DNA of 41,191 nucleotides, taken from the IMG/VR virus record IMGVR_UViG_3300049139_000224, positions 1 through 41,191 of that record; one strand, given 5' to 3'. How positions within the stretch are numbered: position 1 is the stretch's first letter; every line of letters begins with the position of its first letter. This DNA is from a virus. Taxonomy: Duplodnaviria; Caudoviricetes. The notes beneath the pieces were generated by a model, which did not search any database, was not told the origin of the DNA, and saw only the letters and a list, made by a program, of their open reading frames with translations. Shown in pieces: positions 36,355-41,191 of this stretch. Made by a program: the position numbers and the translations under genes.

Positions 36355-36891
36355 CTACTCCGGGTCCGGTTCGTCCTTCGGGCATGGGTCTCCCCCGTCG
36401 TCCTGATGGGTCGCGGAGTCCTCCTCCAGCAGCGCCAGCACCTCGTCATCGACGTAGGTGTGGGAGGTGACGGTGGACTCCAGCCGGGTGGGGGCATCCC
36501 AGCCATTCAGGGCGGCGCGCCGTTGGGCGACACGAAGGAGTTGGTTGCCGGCGGCCAGGCGCAGCTCGCCGTCCTTCAGGGGTAGGGGGTTGCCGTCGTC
36601 GTCGGTGGCCACGGCGTTGACCATGGCCCAGGCGCGGCGTTCGATGGCGTCGAGCTTGAGGGATTCCACCGCGCGGGCCTCGGCCGCGGCGGGTTCGATG
36701 ATCGCCGCCACCGCCCGCTCGTAGGCCTTGCGTGCACCGGAGGCGTCGGAGAAGCCGACCTGATCGGCGATCTCAGCGAAGGTGAACTGCTGGGCGCGCA
36801 GCTCGGCCACACGGGCGTCGCGTTCGACGGTGTCGAGGGTGCGGGTGAAGTGGCCGCGGTGGTCGCGCGCCGGCGATTTGTCCACGGTCAT
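36355..36891 (-). CDS. HTH DNA-binding protein, putative terminase small subunit (178 aa)
   Basis: ERDARVAELRAQQFTFAEIADQVGF; RRAALNGWDAPTR; first gene of the virion operon. Confidence 0.7.
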   Translation of the reverse strand: MTVDKSPARDHRGHFTRTLDTVERDARVAELRAQQFTFAEIADQVGFSDASGARKAYERAVAAIIEPAAAEARAVESLKLDAIERRAWAMVNAVATDDDGNPLPLKDGELRLAAGNQLLRVAQRRAALNGWDAPTRLESTVTSHTYVDDEVLALLEEDSATHQDDGGDPCPKDEPDPE

Positions 36892-37101
36892 GGTGTGTCC
36901 CCCGTCTCCTCGTTGTGGCCCGTCCGGTCCGGCCCCTGGTGTGCGGCTATCCGGCCACGTCACGAGGGGTGAGGTGGCCTCATGATAGCCAGAGTGCACG
37001 GTGTCCACGGTTTCCCATAGCTGGTGTGCATCGTTACGTCGGGCGCTGTCCTGGTGGGCGTCTAGCCTGTCTGTCCGGCCCGGTCGGGTCGTGGGTCAGG
37101 G

Positions 37102-37998
37102 ATGCGTGGAGGGGCTGTGGGCGGAGTGCTCGCGTGGGTGAGCGACGTGGTGGTGGCTGTGTGGGGGTGGCTGGGGGCGACGTTCGCGTGGTCGGATGCC
37201 CTGGTGTCCGTCGTGGGTGTGGCGTCGGTGACGGTGGGGTCGATCGCGATCGGCCAAGCCCGGAAGTCGCGGGGGGTCGCGCGGGGAGCGAACACGCTCT
37301 CGAAGAAGTCGACTGAGATCGCTGAGGGCGCGAAGGCAGCGGCGGACAAAGCGAACGAGATCGCTGAGCGGATGGAAGCGCTCGCTCGGGAGGCGAACGA
37401 GTTCTCCAAGCGCGCGCTCACCACCGGCGAGGGCGCGAAGGAAGCCGCGGTGGAGGCGAACGGGATCGCTCGTGCTGCGAACACGCTCGCTCAGGAAGCC
37501 AATGACCTGTTCAAGCAGCAGGATGAGCGATCGACCGAGCGGCACGACGTGCGCTGGGAGGGCGAGTTCGTGGAACCGGGTGTGTACCGGTTGACGAACA
37601 AGGGCGATCACACCGCTCACAAGGTGGTGGCCACGGTTGCCTACGAGTCAGATGAGCGACAGGTTGAGGCGGACGAGGTGCCCGGTCGGGGGTTCTTGGA
37701 CTTCGAGTTGCCCGCGGCGAAGCAGGAGTACCTGGATCGGCGGGCTCAGATCCAGGAGTTGGAGGCGGAAAAGCGCAGGCGGGTGCGGGACAGCGCGGCG
37801 GTCTCCCATGACCGGATTCTGGGCCCGATCGCGCACCAAGACACCGCACACGAGAACTGGATGGATGACCTGCACATCAGCCGGATTCAGGCGACGATGG
37901 ACTCGGTAAGCGAGAACGTGCACTGGGAAACCGAGCGGAGCGCCCCGCGAGTGCACAAGGAGTCCCGGTCGTGTGCGCACTTGGGTGCGGAGCTGTAG
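37102..37998 (+). CDS. Membrane-anchored coiled-coil protein (moron-like; start may be 37126 or 37138)
   Basis: N-terminal hydrophobic segments, Ala-rich heptad repeats, opposite strand, more A/T-ending codons. Confidence 0.75.
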   Translation: MRGGAVGGVLAWVSDVVVAVWGWLGATFAWSDALVSVVGVASVTVGSIAIGQARKSRGVARGANTLSKKSTEIAEGAKAAADKANEIAERMEALAREANEFSKRALTTGEGAKEAAVEANGIARAANTLAQEANDLFKQQDERSTERHDVRWEGEFVEPGVYRLTNKGDHTAHKVVATVAYESDERQVEADEVPGRGFLDFELPAAKQEYLDRRAQIQELEAEKRRRVRDSAAVSHDRILGPIAHQDTAHENWMDDLHISRIQATMDSVSENVHWETERSAPRVHKESRSCAHLGAEL

Positions 37999-38005
37999 AC
38001 GTAGA

Positions 38006-38040
38006 GGTGCCACCCAGCAGGACGGACGCTGGGTGGCACC
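38006..38040. terminator. Perfect 13-bp hairpin between convergent genes
   Basis: GGTGCCACCCAGC-N9-GCTGGGTGGCACC. Confidence 0.75.
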
Positions 38041-38050
38041 GGTTCGGGGC

Positions 38051-38290
38051 TCAGGCTTCGCTCATGGTGTCGAGCCAGCCCACCGCCTCGTCTGGGTCGG
38101 TGAAGGTCTTGCTCTGTCGGCGGCCGTCCAGGGTGATGTGGGCGCGCCACCGCTCGCCGCGCTTCTCCAGCCACCCCGCCTTGGGTGCTCGGGCGGGCCG
38201 GGAACGGGTGGTGTCCGGCCGGGCGGAGGGTCGCGGGGCCCGGACTGCCTGGGCCGGGTCGGGGGCCTGGAAGAGGCGCTGGTGGTCCAT
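38051..38290 (-). CDS. Small AP2/integrase arm-binding-like DNA-binding protein (79 aa)
   Basis: GGAGG RBS; GWLEKRGERWRAHITLDGRRQSKTFTDPDEAVGWL. Confidence 0.65.
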   Translation of the reverse strand: MDHQRLFQAPDPAQAVRAPRPSARPDTTRSRPARAPKAGWLEKRGERWRAHITLDGRRQSKTFTDPDEAVGWLDTMSEA

Positions 38291-38307
38291 GTGTCCTCCG
38301 TGAGTGG

Positions 38308-38814
38308 TCAGGTGAGGGCCGGGGTGTGCCCCATGCGCTGTGCCACCACGTCCGATGTGGCTTCCGCACGGATCAGGGTGGCCCTGTAGGTGAGGCGAAG
38401 GGTGGCCGGCCCCGCTCGCAGGCCGGCGTGCTGGGCGGTGCGCCGGACGATGCCCGCCACCGTGAGCGCGAGCATCCTCTCCCCCGACTGGGTGGCGAAC
38501 AGGGGGCAGACGGTCCGTGACGCGGGCCCGCGTTCGTCCAGGACGGCGGCGAGGTCGGCGAGCGTGGCGGCGTCGGTGACCGGCACGACCCGGGCTTGCG
38601 TCTTGCCCGCGGGGACGCACACGGCCCTGTCGGCCTGGCGAACGTGGTCGGTGTTCAGTGCGACGAGTTCGCTGACGCGCAGCCCGGCGTGAAGGAGCAG
38701 GCGGCACAGGGCGCGGTCCCGGGCGTTGGGAATGCGCGCGACGGCGTTCAGAAAGCGGCCCGTCTCCTCAGGCGTGAGTGCTGTGGCTTGCGGGAGAGCG
38801 TGGCTCGTGGCCAT
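38308..38814 (-). CDS. Tyrosine recombinase catalytic-domain homolog, truncated and apparently inactive (168 aa)
   Basis: RDRAL..GLRVSEL..GKT..PLF present; HxxR is ATLR; stops at MGHTPALT before the catalytic Tyr; no core-binding domain. Confidence 0.8.
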   Translation of the reverse strand: MATSHALPQATALTPEETGRFLNAVARIPNARDRALCRLLLHAGLRVSELVALNTDHVRQADRAVCVPAGKTQARVVPVTDAATLADLAAVLDERGPASRTVCPLFATQSGERMLALTVAGIVRRTAQHAGLRAGPATLRLTYRATLIRAEATSDVVAQRMGHTPALT

Positions 38815-38818
38815 GGGG

Positions 38819-39625
38819 TCATCCGTTCTGGTCGGGGTCGTGGCCCAGGGCCTGGGCTTCGACATCGCCGATGGTCCCTTCGGCCATGCGCACGAGCATG
38901 TCTCGGCGCTCCTCGGGGTCCAGGCCGATGAGTTCGGCGATGCCTTCCAGGGGTGCGGTCGCGCCTTTGCTCAGGGGCCCGTCGGGGGTCTGGAACTGGT
39001 ACTCGATGCGCATGGTGGTACCGCGGTCGAGGATGCGGGTGATGCGCGGGTCCTCGGAGTGCAGTTCGACGCCGTCGGGCATGCCTCCGTAGGGCTCGGC
39101 GAGCCGGCCGAACCCGGCCCGCACGAGGTCGAAGTGCTCCTGGGCGCGTAGGAGATGAGCGTTCATGCGGTCGATGGTGCCGGCCGGGAAGGGCTCGTCG
39201 GATGGGCGGTCCGCGGCGGCGACGTCCAGCTCGATCATCATCTGCGCGGCGGCCCGTGCAGCGGCGCACGCCCCACCGATGACCAGGGCCGTCCCCTCTC
39301 CCGTGCGCAGGGCCGCGGCCTTGCCGGTGAGTTCCAGGCGTGCGCTCAGGGTCCGATGGATGTCGGCGGGGCCTGGCACCGCGTCGCTCGTGGGGTAGTT
39401 CGTGCGGGCGTAGACGTCAGCCAGGATGTCCATGCCCTGGGTGGGGATGGTGCTGGCCCAGTAGTCGCACATGGCCATGAGGTAGCCGAGCGCGGCGGCG
39501 GCTTCGGCGTTGGCGGTGGCGCCGGTTGGGTTCTCGGTGAGGGGGAAGTCGATGTCGGGGTCCAGGGCCTGGATGGCGGTGTGGAGCCGTCGGGCGAGTT
39601 CTTCGGGGCCGTTGGGGTCGCTCAC
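38819..39625 (-). CDS. Hypothetical protein (268 aa)
   Basis: GGAGG RBS; good codon bias. Confidence 0.7.
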   Translation of the reverse strand: MSDPNGPEELARRLHTAIQALDPDIDFPLTENPTGATANAEAAAALGYLMAMCDYWASTIPTQGMDILADVYARTNYPTSDAVPGPADIHRTLSARLELTGKAAALRTGEGTALVIGGACAAARAAAQMMIELDVAAADRPSDEPFPAGTIDRMNAHLLRAQEHFDLVRAGFGRLAEPYGGMPDGVELHSEDPRITRILDRGTTMRIEYQFQTPDGPLSKGATAPLEGIAELIGLDPEERRDMLVRMAEGTIGDVEAQALGHDPDQNG

Positions 39626-39699
39626 GGGGGCCTCCGGGGTTGCGCGCGGGTGTTGTTCCTGGTGAGACGTGTGAGTCTAGGGCGGGGTTGTCGAGCTGG

Positions 39700-40776
39700 T
39701 CACGGCTTCACGGGAAGTTGTTCCTGGTCGCCGCCAGGGTCGGGTGAGGGCTGGAGCTCGGCGAGGCGCGGGTGGAGCTTGGCGTACTGAGCGGGGGTTG
39801 CCACGCCCCACAGCAGCGAGTCGCCCACGCCGACCACCGGGCGCAGTGTCGGCGGGAGAGCCCGCAGCGTCAGCGTGGGGAGCACCCCGGCCTGGCGCAG
39901 CAGGTGGCCGACGAACACGAGCATGCGCAGGCGGGCGACCGCGGCGGTGAGCGGGTCGATCTCCATGCCGTGCACCCCGGCCAGGATCCGGCGGGCCGCC
40001 TCGCCCGGGTCGAGCACCGGGTAGCCGTCGACCCGGGGACCGCCCTTGCCCTGGCGAGGCGCCAGCGACCCGGTGGTGTACAGCTCCCACAGGTAGTCGA
40101 CTTTGCGGATGAGGACGTGGCCGGTGCCGCAGGCGGGGTCGACGGTGCGCAGCACCGGCTCGCGGAACTCGGCGGCCGCGGGGATGAGGGTGCGGTCGAT
40201 GAGGAAGTCCGCGACCCACCACGGGGTCTGGGCGAACGCGAACGCCTTGCGGCGCTCGGCGGACAGGGCCTGCAGGAGGTCGCCGGCCATCCACCCGCTG
40301 ATGGAGGACGGCCCGGTGTCGGGGTCGGGCCAGGACAGGCAGGGCGCGTCGACGCGCCACCACTCGATCAGGTCGGCGCACACCGCATCGGAGGGGCGGC
40401 CGTCGGCGAGGTGGGAGTAGCGGGCGTCCCCCAGGCACTGGGTGGCCGGGTGCACGATCAGGCATCCGTAGGCGGCCTCCAGGTGCTCGCGCGGGGACAG
40501 GCCCAGCTCGCGGACGGTGTCGGCGCCGCGCTTGTCCCACCACGGGGCGATGAGCTGGTGGTCGGCGGCCCAGGCCACCAGCACCGAGTAATAGACCCAG
40601 GACACCGCGCACGGGCGTAGGCGGGCCTGGTCGCTCGTGCTCAGCCGGGCTCCGGTGTCCCGCTCGGCCTGGGCGACCAGGTCGTTCTCGAAGGCGTCCA
40701 CGTGTCGGACCAGCGCCTTGATGAGCGGGCGGGTGAACGTGGTGTCGTCCACCGGGTTCCCCCTGGTGCGGGTCAC
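39700..40776 (-). CDS. Truncated PglX/BREX-type (N6-adenine MTase family) protein with SAM-binding motifs but no NPPY (358 aa)
   Basis: RKAFAFAQTPWWVADFLIDRTL, VDPACGTGH, VHGMEIDP..AVARLR, GDSLL; stop shortly afterwards; GTGA coupling. Confidence 0.75.
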   Translation of the reverse strand: MTRTRGNPVDDTTFTRPLIKALVRHVDAFENDLVAQAERDTGARLSTSDQARLRPCAVSWVYYSVLVAWAADHQLIAPWWDKRGADTVRELGLSPREHLEAAYGCLIVHPATQCLGDARYSHLADGRPSDAVCADLIEWWRVDAPCLSWPDPDTGPSSISGWMAGDLLQALSAERRKAFAFAQTPWWVADFLIDRTLIPAAAEFREPVLRTVDPACGTGHVLIRKVDYLWELYTTGSLAPRQGKGGPRVDGYPVLDPGEAARRILAGVHGMEIDPLTAAVARLRMLVFVGHLLRQAGVLPTLTLRALPPTLRPVVGVGDSLLWGVATPAQYAKLHPRLAELQPSPDPGGDQEQLPVKP

Positions 40777-41057
40777 GGTGCCCCCTCGTCGGTGATGGTC
40801 ATCTGCCCGGCCGCCACGCGCGGCGCGCCGGGGGAACGTCTGCTGCCCGTGCACAGCTGGCAGTCGGCCGGGGCGTCGTCGGGGTGCAGACGGGTGGGGT
40901 CCAGCGCGAACCCGGTGTGACAGGCCGGCGCAGGCACTTGGACTCCCCCGATCCACACGACCAGCTCGCATTCGTGCACGGTGGTGGAGCTGCCGATGCG
41001 CAGCCGCTTTCCGTTGAACCGGGCGCGGAGGTCGGCGGCCAGGGCTTCGATGTTCAT
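40773..41057 (-). CDS. Hypothetical protein (94 aa) with Cys/His cluster
   Basis: VHEC..PACH..CQLC; overlaps the start of the next gene. Confidence 0.6.
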   Translation of the reverse strand: MNIEALAADLRARFNGKRLRIGSSTTVHECELVVWIGGVQVPAPACHTGFALDPTRLHPDDAPADCQLCTGSRRSPGAPRVAAGQMTITDEGAP

Positions 41058-41157
41058 CCGGTACCGCCGGAGGTCGTGCGGGCGCGGGTCATCGGTGCCC
41101 TGCCAGGAGCTGACGCCAGCGCCCCCACCACGTCTGCGGGCGGGGCATCGCGACGGT

Positions 41158-41191
41158 CCGCACCGCGGGGGCCGCGGGGGCCGCGGTGCGG
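41158..41191. repeat. 11-bp inverted repeat enclosing CCGCGGGGG tandem units at the window end
   Basis: CCGCACCGCGG (41158-41168) / CCGCGGTGCGG (41181-41191). Confidence 0.7.

Larger units (their letters stand above)
9753..36891 (-). mobile_element. Siphovirus-type prophage / plasmid-prophage virion morphogenesis operon (element probably extends beyond both window ends)
   Basis: Canonical order terminase-portal-MuF-scaffold-capsid-connectors-tail tube-chaperone-TMP-Dit-Tal, with many overlapping stop/start junctions (TGATG, GTGA). Confidence 0.95.

Noticed and set aside
38308-38865. Functional prophage integrase with an att site
   Set aside because: Catalytic His and Tyr and the core-binding domain are missing; no att-like repeat or tRNA seen
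39677-39830. Frameshift restoring NPPY to the PglX-like gene
   Set aside because: The alternative frame gives GNPRSV, not NPPY/F, and stops soon after

Overview
Very GC-rich, actinomycete-type DNA (Streptomyces/Nocardiopsis-like; host inferred from composition and gene content) carrying most of a siphovirus-type prophage or plasmid-prophage. A near-continuous minus-strand virion operon runs from about 36.9 kb to 9.75 kb. It contains a putative small terminase, a HEXXH protein, TerL, an inserted ORF, portal, a MuF-like protein, scaffold, major capsid, four head-tail proteins, tail tube, a frameshifting tail chaperone, an 1807-aa tape measure with a CHAP-like domain, carbohydrate-binding Dit- and Tal-like proteins, and small tail-tip proteins. 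Converging on it is a plus-strand operon with a glycosyltransferase-methyltransferase-glycosyltransferase fusion and a second glycosyltransferase. The capsid and tail-tube proteins both end in Gly-Ser, and the glycosyltransferase operon and capsid gene share an upstream palindrome. Together these point to a virion (methyl-)glycosylation system. The left end has hairpin-separated accessory genes and an ATP-dependent DNA ligase. The right end has an inverted membrane moron, a catalytically dead tyrosine-recombinase fragment with a separate arm-binding-like gene, and a truncated PglX/BREX-like methyltransferase lacking its catalytic motif. No endolysin, functional integrase, tRNA or CRISPR array was recognised. 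All family assignments come from motif recognition by eye, not database searches.
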